A stretch of DNA of 58,235 nucleotides, the filler included, from Sphacelaria rigidula (Eukaryota): assembly GCA_964200075.2 (NCBI GenBank). It is 5 parts of 5 records of this genome, joined end to end, with 100 filler letters (N's around TTAATTAATTAA, not from the genome) between each part and the next. Parts side by side here need not be neighbours in the genome. Positions count along the whole stretch, not along the records: positions 1 to 11,569 come from CAXNAA020004770.1; 4 more parts are not named here. The stretch is one strand, 5' to 3'. Shown here piece by piece: positions 1 to 11,669 of the stretch. Each line of letters opens with the position of its first letter. Position 1 is the first letter of the stretch. A model generated the notes under the pieces. It had not been told where the DNA came from. It made no database searches and saw only the letters and a list, made by a program, of their open reading frames with translations. The position numbers and the translations under genes were made by a program.

Positions 1-27
1 GGTCGTTCGCGGGGTGTTGTCTGTTGT

Positions 28-75
<48 letters not shown>
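28..75. repeat. Poly-G tract near contig start
   Basis: Uninterrupted G run at 28-75. Confidence 0.9.
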
Positions 76-78
<3 letters not shown>

Positions 79-1317
79 GGGCATTCATGTGTGCATGTTT
101 TACGCAGTTGCTGCGTTACTTTCATGCGCTTTGAATGTTTCGACCGATACACGGGTCGGAATGGTAAGTAAAAGTTTGTGAGGCCACCATGCAGCAGTGA
201 TTGGACGGTACGAAGGAATGCATACCACTCCCGTCCGGTGTAGAAAGCACCAGCAATACCGAAAGCAGGAGGCCAGTTCCCCGTCCTCATCTTGTTCCTG
301 AGGAGGGTCCCGCACTTCCCCAGTTGACGCAGGAGTCTCCCGAGTCCGACAAAACTATTCTATGTTTCTTTACGTCTCTGGGCGATAGCACGCGCACCTA
401 GCACACCAACCTGTCCACTTTTCCCACCCAAGACCTGAAGTACTAGCCTCAATGATCGCCGTGATGCTCACCTAGGGCCTCGCGTCCCGCGCTATCTCCC
501 GCAAACGACAGAACGGAAGTTGATCGGTACGCCAACACTTCAACGACTGGCTGTAACAGTGCAAAATCCGAGTACAACCACGACGCACATACGTAGCTGC
601 ACCATCGTTCGCAGAAATACACGAATACAGCGGGACACACAGCCCACCAGTGCTCTGCCAGTACAGTACAGATTCTACCAGTTCCGCGGGGCCGTCAGGT
701 ACATACAGCAGTTGGAAAATATGATGACTCGTGAAGGAATCAGCCGGTGGGTGAGAGGTGCTATGTGTATTCACCTGCACGCAGTTCTTGTGCGTTACAT
801 GCGTTCCGTACCGATACGCCATGTGTATGAATTGAGCTGGGGTCTAGTAGCAGCACCGAATTCCCGAGATACCCTAATATGCATGGCACGGGCATAAATG
901 AATAATGTAGTGCACTCACAGGACGCACAGCAGCGGAAATAAGAGTGTTGCTGTATCATCCCACGATGAATGATGCGGGCATTAGCTGCAGCACGATGCG
1001 CGTGCAATCAAAAGTCATGAAGGTTAACTGTGCACCTGATCGCTGGATGGAGAAGGATTTTGAGGATCTCGCGGTCGACGTGAATACAAATTTCGACAAT
1101 GCTATAGTGCCGCCTCGTAGAGCAAGAGACCGTCCACAACTGCGCGCCCGATAGTACTTTCTGCACACGATATACTACGCACGTAGTGGGCACGTGATAC
1201 TGCAGTCAGTGATGCAGCGTACAGTCGCACACGGCGCAGAAGATTTCACCGCACGATGCAAGTTACATGAACCTAAAAAGTGGTCGCTAGGAGTTTTTTT
1301 TTACGCATAGGATTAAT

Positions 1318-1849
1318 CACGGTTAGGACGAATCAGAGTTCATACGAGTCGACTCCTCATGGAATGAAACAATGAAACCTATATAACTTGTTGGTCCCGC
1401 TGAGTCGAGGGTAGATAACACATATGCAGCGCAGAAATCTTGCGCGCATTAAAGCTGAGATAAAATTACGCGCGATTCAGGTCCCATCGGAAGTAAAGAT
1501 TCAACCGGTACAAATTGTTGGTCCCGCATTAACCCGAAGGTGTGAAAAATATACGGGCGGTCACCTCGAACGACTCGGTCAAGCAAGTTGTACATGACGT
1601 TCTCGACTCATGATGGTAAGAAGTACGTGGCATGTACAACCGATGCATTCAAATTTGCAGTGCAAGGGTTGACTATGTGCCCATTATTTACCCTGGTATT
1701 CACGGAAAGTACGAAGCAGGTACCTTTGATATGTCCTGCACGACGCACGAGCTGAAAAGCTGAATGAATTACGAATGATGTACGAATAGTATGATTTATT
1801 CGTTGAAATGATGAATATGAGTTGAATCACGAGTTTAGTCCTAACCGTG
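1318..1849. mobile_element. Non-autonomous DNA transposon (MITE), hAT/P-like by TSD length
   Basis: Perfect 12-bp TIRs CACGGTTAGGAC (1318-1329) and GTCCTAACCGTG (1838-1849). Flanks GGATTAAT (1310-1317) and GGATCAAT (1850-1857) form a 7/8 match 8-bp TSD. No ORF inside. Confidence 0.8.
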
Positions 1850-2284
1850 GGATCAATACAGTAACCTATTTTTTCAAGTCACGTATTATACGCTACTGTA
1901 CGTAGAACGGTATGTCGTTGCTACATTTCCTGTGGCCACTGGTAGGCTTTACGGGACGGCATATCGTCCACAAGTCGCCTGATGCTCGTCAGACCGTACA
2001 GCCTCACATAAATCCCGTGGCAAACGCACCCGCAGCCCACAATACTAGATGCCTGTTGCAAGGTCCTCGACGACACCGAAAACCGACATCGGGCAAGATT
2101 TACCTCGCTTGTACCCGACAGTGGGAACATGTCGTCTCAGTGCTTGGATGGAACTTGTTGTGTATGATTGGTAGACAAAAAATCACGGGGGGGATCCAAT
2201 TGAATTCAGAATTCAACAAATCAATATATAAATTGGGCTGACACGAACATGTGAAGGCAGATGAATATCACCACATGTTCTGTT

Positions 2285-2632
2285 ATTATTTATATCATGT
2301 GAAAAGGTGATTCCTTGACGGACACTTTTGGAAATTTGTCCCTCGTATGTGGTGGTTCCCATATCACCCCCCTCCCCCTCATGAACCTTTTGGAGGTTCT
2401 GGAGGAGTAACCCTTTACGCCGGCTAGCAGTTGGGTCACCCAACCAACAGTCGTCGCAGGAGATTTTCCGCGAGTTTTGAACTCTGATACAGAGGGTATC
2501 CACCATTTTTTGGCACCCGCCATTCCGGTGGGATCCGGGATTTGAACCCCGGACCTTCTATTCGCCAATGTGAAAAGGTGATTCCTTGACAGACACTTGT
2601 GGGAATTTGTCCCTTATATGTGGTGGTTCCCA
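2285..2632 (-). mobile_element. tRNA-derived SINE-like element with duplicated 3' end
   Basis: Minus strand GGTCCGGGGTTCAAATCCCGG (about 2535-2555) is a tRNA T-arm/B-box. A ~65-bp segment occurs twice (2297-2361 and 2568-2631). An AAT-rich tail follows on the minus strand. Confidence 0.55.
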
Positions 2633-2633
2633 C

Positions 2634-5600
2634 AATTATTATTATTTCCGCACAATAGTCCGATCTCTCGAACCCGTGGTCACAAACGTAGGCTCGTTTT
2701 TCCAATACCGTCCCTGCTATTCCTTACAAGACATGGAGTCCTCGTCATTTTTTCTGAAACGACAGACTAACAAGAACAAACGCAATCAACGAAAATATTG
2801 CCAAAATGAAAAGCAAGGGAGACGCCAAGAAAACATGAGAAGTAGCTCCTCCGAGTTCAACGGGGTGAAGAGAAAAAAAACCCTTCAGATCTGCTAAGAA
2901 AAACACATCGAGAGAAAAGGTAAATAAAAGGAAAGACAAGAAAGAACAGATGACACAGGGGGATTAGCATGGCCACCGGAGGAGGGTATACTCAAAAACA
3001 ACCCCAGGCACCCTCATAGACAACCACCACAGCTGTTTGGAAAGACCGCAGATGTACTAGCGAGTGCACTACCCGATGGACTACTGGCACTGGAGGAGCT
3101 CTAGCGGTAGCACAGTAAACAGTTCCTTAGCATGGCGTGCTTCCGTCCAGACTGCCATGTACATGCTAGCCCCCTCCTTTACAACTCGGGACCATTCGGA
3201 CACATCTTGGGCAACCTGCGTCCACCATGTCGCATTTATTCCGACGTACGAACAGTAGTCTGTGATACAGTGTCGTAAGCGCCTTGCTGGTCGGCCTATC
3301 CTTGTCTTCCCTCCAACGATGACTCCACGCATGACGATGTTGGGGAGTGGTTCATCGTGCTGGCGCGCAACGCGGCCGACGTGTAGAAGGGTTCGCTTCA
3401 TCACAGTGGCCTAAATGCACTCGCAGCTACTGTTGTTGTTTCGAGGACCTCGTGGTATGGCAGCATGTGGTAGTCAGGGGCGCTGCGGCTTGAGGTATGC
3501 TTACTGAAGCACCTCAGCCTGAATCCTCGATGGGCCTCCCGTAATGCGCCGAACTTTTCGTGTGCGATCGTCCAGGTCACGCAGCCGTACAGCATTACCT
3601 CGATCACTTCAGTTTTCAGGAGACGAACCTTGGTGGCGAGGCCGATGTACGGGTTGTCGTATATCGCTTTGCTGTACTCGTAGAAACACGTCCAGGCCTG
3701 GCCGATGCGGCTGTGGATCTCGGGATTGACATCACCGATGCTGTTGATTTTTCCGGCAAGGTAGAGGAACGACCCAACCTCCTGGCATCTTTGGCCCGCT
3801 GCCTCCACCTCGATCGTATCCGCCTCCATGTTCGGGTAGCGCATGTGCATAGTGACCGTCTTCCTTTCCGCCACGAGACCGAATGTCGCACATACTTCGA
3901 CGACGGCCGTCATCATCTTTTCCAGGTTTACCCGGGATCGCAAGGCGATGCCAGCGTCGTCGGTGTATAGCATAAGCCCAGAGCACTTTACTGAGTTTAT
4001 CCCTGGTCTTCCAACCCCTTTCAGTGATGCGGATGAAGTCCTGCGCCACCGCTTTATTGATCGAGAAGCGGTCGAACGTTGACGTCAGTATCGCCGCAAA
4101 AAAGATGTTGAAGAGACCGGGGGAAGCACACAACCTTGGAGGAGGCCTTGGTTAACGTCAAACCACTCAGATGTCTTGCCGCTGTCTAGGCGTACGCATG
4201 CCCGCATGCCGTCGTGGAATTGGCGGATGATGGAACTTACCTTGGCAGGGGTACCGTAGCGTGCTAGAACCTTTCAGAGAAGAGAGCGGTCCACTAATTT
4301 GTATGACTTTTGGAGGTCGATGACGCACATGTACAGAGAAATATTCTACTCTCTGATCAGCTCTTGGAGCCTGCGCACAACGAACATCATGTCGACTGTG
4401 GACCGGCCAGGTCGAAAACCGCATTGTGCTTCTGGGAGGATTCCCTTTCACTCGCAATAGGGACTGAGGCGACTCGCAACTATCTTGAGTACCACCTTGC
4501 CAGCGTGGGACCCGAGAGAGATACCGCAGTAGTTGCCGCATTCGTGCGGGTCCTGTTTCTTGAAAAGCATCTTGATGATGGTGTATTTCCACTCTTGCGG
4601 CACTGCTTCCCGACGCCACACGGTGAGCACAATGTTGTGGAGGGATTTCAGGATGACAAAGTCTGCGGTGCGGCCGAGCTTCAACAGTTCACCACAGATG
4701 TTGTCCGTCCCAACGGCCTGACCGCTCGCTAGCTTGCCCACCGCTTCCTTCATTTCTGCCATCGAGGGCTTCGCCGCGAGTGGTGCGTGCTCCGGCATCT
4801 GTTTGATGAAATCGATGACAGAGTGGTCGATCGTAGGCGAGGTTGCGTTCAGCAGTGTTTCGAACCAGTCCTTCCATCGTGGCAGGATAGCTTGCTTGTC
4901 CCGCAACGCGTTCCTGATGTGAGATGAGTCGCTCTGCTTCTTTCCTTCCAGTTCCGAGGACTTGATATGCTGGTGCAGTCCTGCTTGATCCTTCTTGCGA
5001 ACAAACCGGACTGTGAACGCGTGAACGAAGTTCTGCTCCCTAATCCGCTTGAACGCTTTGTCCGTCACCTTCAGTGCCTTCTTCAGGACAGCGCTTTCCC
5101 GGTTTGCTCACAGTTTCTTCCATACACTTTCCCTGAGATCTCACGTCTTTTGGAGGCGATCCTGAGCTTGAGTTGACTCACCGAAACCTCTAGGTTGGGT
5201 TTTCTTGGGGCATCGAGGGAGTGTATCCGCGGCCGTCTGTCGCAGGGCGTTGGCAAAGGTAGGTGCCATGTCGTTGACGTTCATTAGTGCCGAGGAATTG
5301 GTGGCATTCGGGAGCTTAGCGACAATGGCCTGTGAAGTAGTCGCTGTCCAGCGTCGGTCTAAAGCGAGGGAGCTGCAGTCGAAACGCACTCCCCTATCCC
5401 TGCATCTGCGGTGAACGATGTATCTTGCTGCTGGTGCGTGAAAGGTTGTTCGTTCATCGCGCTGGATTCCTTGAAGGGCGAAGAAATCACAGTTGTATTT
5501 GGACGAAAAAAGCAGCAGGTTCTCGGCGTGGCCTGTGCCGTTGGAACATCTCTCGGCCATGGTGCGTAGATTCCAAGTGGCCACTACCAGCTCTTTGGAT

Positions 5601-5920
5601 CGAGACTCCGCCCTTGCGGTGGTGCAACGGGCGCGAGCCTGAGCCTCGGCTGCTCGACGGGCTGGTCTTTCTCTCCTCCTCTTCCTTCGTTTTCCTATGT
5701 CCCTTTCCTGTTGGTATTTGATCCAGCGTTTGTGGGCCATTCTCTGTTTCCAGGCACTCTTCTGCCTACGCTGGTTCATGCCTCTTCGTTCCTGCACGGA
5801 ATTCAGCGGGTCTCGCGCACGTCGATCTCCACCAGGCTGACCGCTTTGCTTACACGCACGCCGCGCTATCTGCTCTCAGAGCTACGGCAACAATGCCGTC
5901 GGCGGTGGCGATGATTAGTC
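2634..5920 (-). mobile_element. Degenerate non-LTR retrotransposon (RTE-like LINE): APE endonuclease N-terminus + reverse transcriptase, frameshifted
   Basis: VATWNLRT...FALQ (APE start, ~5590-5470). [44 protein letters not shown] (RT N-terminus). [17 protein letters not shown] (YADD), FLYLAG, EIHSRIGQAW, MLYGCVTWT (RTE-type C-terminus). Several frameshifts. The 3' end carries an (AAT)n tail at ~2634-2646. Confidence 0.92.
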
Positions 5921-6627
5921 GGATTAGCGGCCCCCGCCGGCAGGGGTAGGGCGTGTTCCGATATAATCGTCATGTAACAGCAAATGTACGGGTTTAACTA
6001 CCGTATGGTGCAGTCAGTAATGCCAGCGCGATGGGCATCCAATCCCGCACCACTGGGGTGCGGAGGAATTAGACAGCAGGAGTAACTCTCCGCACAACCC
6101 GAATGTTGTACTCTTCAAGGGTCGTTGTCCTAGCTGGCCTAAACCCGGTCTCGGTGGTTCGGGTCATCGACTGTATCACGGGTGATGAACACCGTACAGC
6201 TTGCGCGTGCGGGATACTTTGACAGTGGGAGTCACCCAGCTCCCGCACGCACGTGGTACGGAGCAGTTTAACAGTAGGTGTCACTGATTTCCCATACTAG
6301 CCAAAATGTTGTGTCTTTCCTTGGGCCGCTGCTGTCAGCCGGCCCAACCCGTCCTCAGTGCTCGAAGCCGAGGCCGGGGGAAAGCTCAGGACATGCTACT
6401 GTGCCAAAATTGAAGTTCGAGTGCAGAAGGACGAGATGTCTCATGCCCGTTTTTCAACAATAATTCCTGGTTTACTTTGGACTACCACTGATGTCGATTG
6501 AATTATATTCGGCATTGATATTGAGTCTTGATGCAGCGTTTGGGGGCTCAAAATAAGAAACATTGCCGCCACATGTCTCGGATACCATATACATCACTTC
6601 AAGAGAGCCTAGCCCACTTTTCCGATT

Positions 6628-7620
6628 GGGCGCTAACCAGGAAAAATATATACTTCCTCTGTTCCATAAGTCTGGGGTGTTATGGGCGTGTAATTGTTTG
6701 CGCACTTATACTTTTCCGATCATCCTATAGTTAGGATTGTTGGAAAGATGAAGTCTCAACGAAGCTGATGCAAAAAAAAGCCGGTTGTCCATACTAAAAT
6801 GAGGTCGAAATATGCCCATTTTGGCCCATTTTTGAGATTTTTTTTCGAGTCTTTTTTTTTCGAGAATTCGTGTTTACCACCCCTAGAACTAGCCCACAGA
6901 CAACACATTACCATGGACTTGCCCCCAAGTACCCCTCCCCCCCGTTGCAAGGGCGGCGAGCTATCCGTGGGCAGCCGCATTGCTATCGCGATGGAGGTTG
7001 TGAGGACAACTGATCGTCTGTTTTCCCCTGGGGACCCCCAAGTGTCTTGGTTTTAGTGTGGGACCCCCAAGTGTCTTGGTTTTAGTGTGGAACCCCCAAG
7101 TGTACTACTTTTAGTGTGGGGACGCTATTATACTGGTTTTAGTATGGGGGACGCGACATGGATCGTTGAGTTGGAGCGTTGAGTAGAGGGGGGGGGTTAC
7201 TGTAGTTTGGTTTGCCCCCCAAGTGCCTTGGTTTTAGTGTGGGACCCCCAAGTGTATTGTTTTTGGTGTGGGTTCACTATTACATGGTTTTAGTATGGGG
7301 GATGCGACATGGATCGTTGAGTAGAGGGGGGTTAGGTTTAGGGTTGGGGATAATTCTTGGGGGTTTTTAGTGTTGTTTTTTGATGGTGCCCCCAATGGAA
7401 AGTGGTCGAAATACGGCCATTTTTGGCCTGACTACTTTTTTGTTAGCCACTAGCACATGCAGGGTAGTGCGCAAGACAAAAAAAATGTTTCATCCCGAAA
7501 AACGCTCAAGATTTCAAAACAATTATCGCCGAAGACATCCGACACCGTTAAGGGCTCGTACAAACATAACTCCCCAGATTTCTGGGACAGAGGAAGTATA
7601 ATTTTTCGTCGTTGTTCCCA
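6628..7620. mobile_element. Foldback/MITE-like element bounded by imperfect inverted repeats
   Basis: 6649-6684 is the reverse complement of 7565-7600 at 32/36 identity. The interior is non-coding and contains a minisatellite. Confidence 0.5.
7030..7349. repeat. ~29-bp minisatellite with higher-order duplication
   Basis: Unit GGGACCCCCAAGTGTCTTGGTTTTAGTGT and variants. The block ending GCGACATGGATCGTTGAGT occurs twice. The array ends in GGTTAGGTTTAGGGTT. Confidence 0.85.
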
Positions 7621-8151
7621 TTCAAGGCACACTGATCAGCGAGTTTTGTTCGCGGCGGAAACAGACGTGGACTTGACCCGACTCCTGTTGCTTTTTCCGA
7701 GAAGGCACAGATATGCGTCCTTTCTGCACAAGTAAGGCAATAAAAACGCACGAAATCAAGGATGGTGCTTAGCGCGAGCCACCAAGTCTCGGGTAAGTTT
7801 CACCAGAGCTATCCTTGGCCCTTAACTGGCCCAAAAATGTAAACTTATACTACTCGCTTCTGCTTTCCTCAGGCGTCATATTTTCTGGCCACAATCTGTA
7901 CATATCTTCACCGGGCCTTTCTTGGACACTTTCAACACTTGCGGCGCTCAGTCTGAGTTTTGGCACACGGCGAGCCAAGCGGATCTAAAAAGTGTGCGAG
8001 ACTTCTCCCGAGGAAGTGATGCATAGTGCCCAAACGATGCAGCAGCAATACTTTTTTTCTGGGATGCAAGACGCCGTCGTACGAATAATAAATTCACACA
8101 TCCAGAGAGAAAAAAAACACCAGTAGCCGACCGAAAAATTCGGCTTTTGCT

Positions 8152-8660
8152 CTATTTGCTATGTTTTCCCTGATTCTCAGTGCTGTAGCGAATATACCTA
8201 AAACGTGCTGTGCGTAACCCTGAGATGACCTTTTGACGTGCGCGTTCGGTAGCCCCAGAACGCTCATATCTACAACACATGTCAGCCAAGGCTAGAAGTT
8301 GCGGATAGGCAAGGTGGACAAGGGCCTTGGTACCCCTAGCTAAATAGGGGGTACCTCTGGTGAAGTCTGATGTAGGTGAACCGTATTTTAGGTACATGCG
8401 CGCAGAAGCGAAAATTGTCGCGTGCAGCTCAGGAAACGAAAACGAAAAAAGGCTGCATAGGTCGGGGGAAATTGATGCAAGCAGGAGAACATGCTGCTGC
8501 AGCAATTTTTTCATGGGTTTTTTCCTGTACCTCCAAGCATCATGCCATTACCTACTCGCTATAAAAAACGTATTCTTTACAGCATGTTCGTGGATGCTGG
8601 ATTCGCTTGCGACATTGAAGGCTAATTGCTGTGACTCAAGTGGCTTGATTTGCGTGATCT
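8152..8660 (-). pseudogene. Possible decayed coding fragment, unknown product
   Basis: 120-aa ORF with protein-like composition (MKKLLQQHVLLLASISPDLCSLF...), extendable upstream through one stop. No recognisable motif. Confidence 0.25.
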
Positions 8661-9093
8661 GACTATTGTGCGAACTATGTACCGAGTCAACGAGAGCCCA
8701 CTTTTTCCCTGCCGCCCATCGCCCCATTCCGCCTAAATTGCACTGAAAACATGATACTCCTGCTTTCTTCGGGTAAACAGCTGAAGCACCCCGGAGAGTG
8801 GGCAGCGACTGTGGTACAATCGGACGTCGTGTATAAGTCTTGGAACTCGCGCAGCTCTACATACTCTGCCCTGGAGTGGATCGGGTATTCCGGCAGTCCT
8901 GGCCACTGACGCGCTTTTGTCTGTCCTATCACCACATGTGACAATTTTGGCCCTCAGGGTGAGCTCGATGCTCCCCTTGTTGAGAGTAGACTGCTTCACG
9001 TATGTGGACTGCGGAGGTTAGCAGTTTGCATTGGAGAGGCAGCCCTTCGGCGGCGAATCCGACCGAACTATGCGCAACATGTTTAATTTGAAA

Positions 9094-9482
9094 GGAGGTG
9101 TACTCATGATCCTGCATGCCTTAGTCATGAGACCATTGACCTCGCATCCCTACAAAGCCGGGACGGAGCACGCCGGGTTTTCGCCAGACTAGGCTCACAA
9201 TCAACCACCAAGCGCGAAGCACCGTGATGTGTTCGGCGAGTCGCAAGAAGGGTGTGAGCTGCATCCTGCTAACATTGTTCGGTCCGAAGCATACCGATTT
9301 TCTTGCATGTGGATGGCAGCCTACAATGAGTTGCTGCACTTCATTCTCTGATATCGCCACTTCCAGGACAGCCACGGCTTACACACCGCGTCCTGGGTGT
9401 CTCATCATCTAAACACTACGTAGTACGATCATCTCCGTTGCGCGAAGTTGAGGTTCTCCCACCCCGCACAATATGATCTAGC
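9094..9482 (-). repeat. Interspersed repeat family A (5'-truncated non-LTR 3' end or SINE)
   Basis: Close copies at 48745-49030 and 55229-55620, partial copies at 9620-9667 and 46497-46569. Shares its terminal ~80 nt with the 3' end of the LINE at 55635. Confidence 0.85.
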
Positions 9483-9962
9483 TGGACCACCATCATGATT
9501 ACGGCAAGAAAACGCACGCGCGCGAAAAAGAAACGGCAACCTGGTTGCCTAGCTTACGCAGTGAGTGGCGTGTTTTACAGCATCCTTGCCAACCGACGCC
9601 ACCCCATAGGGGCTCCGTCCCTGTTAAGCCGGGGTGCAGCACGCCGGGTTTTCGCCGGACCAGGCTAAGTTATTTGGAGGGAGGGAGGGGGGGGTCAGGC
9701 GGCGGGAGTAAATGCGTACGGAGAGTCGAAATACAGTATCCGAGAAGTAATGTTAATGGAGAACGCGTGTCCCACTTCTCCCTCGCATGCGACTGATGCA
9801 AGCTCTAGGACAAAATAACACAGCGACAGATTCCTTCTTTTTTCTTTTATCGCTTTTCTCTTTTTTTGCTGCTCCTGACCACGCGCTGGATTGTTTCAAT
9901 CAGGTAATGTGAGATAATCAATCAATCAATAAGATTCATCGCGCGCCTACCTTTTGCCTTAC

Positions 9963-11323
9963 CTGCCGTATTTTCCGCCAATCGTCAGCGGAAACGCCCT
10001 GCAGAACGGCCAACTCGTCTCCCTCGACGTCCACCTTCAGCAGATCTACCGCATCGATTCCAAGCTGACCGAGAGCGAGGGACAACGGAACCACGTTGCA
10101 TAAAAACACCTGTCTCGTAGTCGCTACTTCCTTGCCATCATGTCTATCGGTGTCGCACGGAAACCGTTCCCCGTCCGCGCTATCTGCTCCACGGCCGTGT
10201 TGATCCTTGTCACCACGTTCTTCTCTGCCACACGTCCCGGCTGGTAATTCGTTCAGCTTACTCAGTCCCTGTGCCGCAGGCTGTGGCATGTCGCGGTGCT
10301 GTTGAAGCCGTGGTGAGCCAGCCACTTCATCATCATGACGGACCTCGGCCTTCAGCCTTCGAGCGGTCCGTTCAGGATTAACTATCTCTTCGGTCGCAGA
10401 CGTGTCGACTTCCTCCAATGCGTCCTTCGTTGCGATCGCTTGCTTCCAAGATTTCGCTTCGGCGTCTTCCTGTAACCTGCGCTGCTGCACTTGTCTCTCT
10501 TCCGGGTGCCTATGGGCGAAGGGGAGAGAGGTACGGTACGACATACTTGACACATCATACCGGTGACTTGTTCGCCACTGTTAGGACTTCATTTGTCGCG
10601 AATGTAAACCATGTTTTCGCGTCGTTCTGACACCCATCAATAAGGTGGATAGACTACTTGCACCATGCAGGCAAGCGCGGGTGTACCGTTGTCACATTCC
10701 GAAACCATGTTACAACGCACACGACGACATATCCGTTGCATTCCTCAACGACAATGCGCTGGACAACCTGAGAACCACACCGGAATACAACGAAACATGA
10801 TCGTTAGAAACCGCCATACCTTGTACTTTCTCCAGGACATGCGTCGAAATATGTGAACAATTGTTCGTCTTGTTCCGCTCCTAGTGCCAAGCGAAGCACG
10901 ACCGGTCTTGGACAAATGCCCCCCATTACGGATTTCACCGCTTGCAAGTTTTTAACCAAAGTGCAGTAAATCACAGGGATTGGCTCGAATGCGAACACCT
11001 GAACCAAAACGGGTAATCGCACGTATATTTTATGCATACGGCGTCGCTAGTAGCTCATCTGGAGAAAACGACGGGGCGCCATGAAAGAACGCATACAGCC
11101 CATACCCCACGGAAAGTGGCTGAGCACAGCACGGTGAAACAAAATGTTATTGCCGTGGCGAGCAGGCTACTAACGGTGATTCTTGCGTGCCCACCTTGAC
11201 ACCCTCAGCCTCTCGTAGACATTGCAACGAGAAAAGCCCGATGTTCGCCCCCGCGTCGATCACGACAGCGTCGTTTTGGACGGCGATGCCGTGCTGCAGG
11301 TAAGAGCGCCGGACGAACACCTC
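9963..11323 (-). CDS. FkbM-family SAM-dependent methyltransferase, partial; exons 11323-11195, 10998-10820, 10509-9963
   Basis: EVFVRRSYLQHGI..VVIDAGANIGLFS (motif I), VFAFEPIP, LALG, IDAVDLLKVDVEGDELAVLQG..W.KIRQ. GT-AG junctions join in frame (phase 0, then phase 2, AG|G = Arg). First and last exons not found. Confidence 0.88.
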
Positions 11324-11482
11324 CTGACAACACCCGATGGCATGAATCGGTAGGTTGGCTTTACTACGAAAGTATATCGTTTTGTTGCGTTCATCATTTG
11401 TCTGGATCTGTCCGAACGACCTGACTGGCGAGATTAACACAGCGGTGTCGACCTATGCGAACATTTACCATGGATGAACGAA

Positions 11483-11557
11483 GGGGGGGGGGCGTACTCA
11501 TTTGTTGCTTGCCTTAGTCATTTGACCATTGACCACGCATCCCTTTCGAAACGGGAT
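11483..11557 (-). repeat. Family B fragment (3' terminus of the 55635-58235 LINE family) with G-run flank
   Basis: G10-CGTACTCATTTGTTGCTTGCCTTAGTC matches 55635-55705. Confidence 0.8.
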
Positions 11558-11569
11558 GGGAAAGGCACA

Positions 11570-11669
11570 NNNNNNNNNNNNNNNNNNNNNNNNNNNNNNN
11601 NNNNNNNNNNNNNTTAATTAATTAANNNNNNNNNNNNNNNNNNNNNNNNNNNNNNNNNNNNNNNNNNNN
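11570..11669. other. Artificial contig linker (N44-TTAATTAATTAA-N44)
   Basis: Identical 100-bp spacer with stop codons in six frames, present four times in the window. Confidence 0.97.

Noticed and set aside
201..1154. Short ORFs at the start of contig 1
   Set aside because: Some pieces look protein-like, but there is no motif, consistent frame or splice model to support a call.
2510..2570. tRNA gene
   Set aside because: Only the T-arm half is present. No D-arm/A-box or matching acceptor stem was found.
7030..7349. CRISPR-like array
   Set aside because: Units are head-to-tail with no unique spacers, there are no cas genes, and the context is eukaryotic. It is a minisatellite.
11614..11625. 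TTAATTAATTAA as a piggyBac TTAA site or biological motif
   Set aside because: It is centred in identical N blocks four times, so it is a six-frame stop linker.
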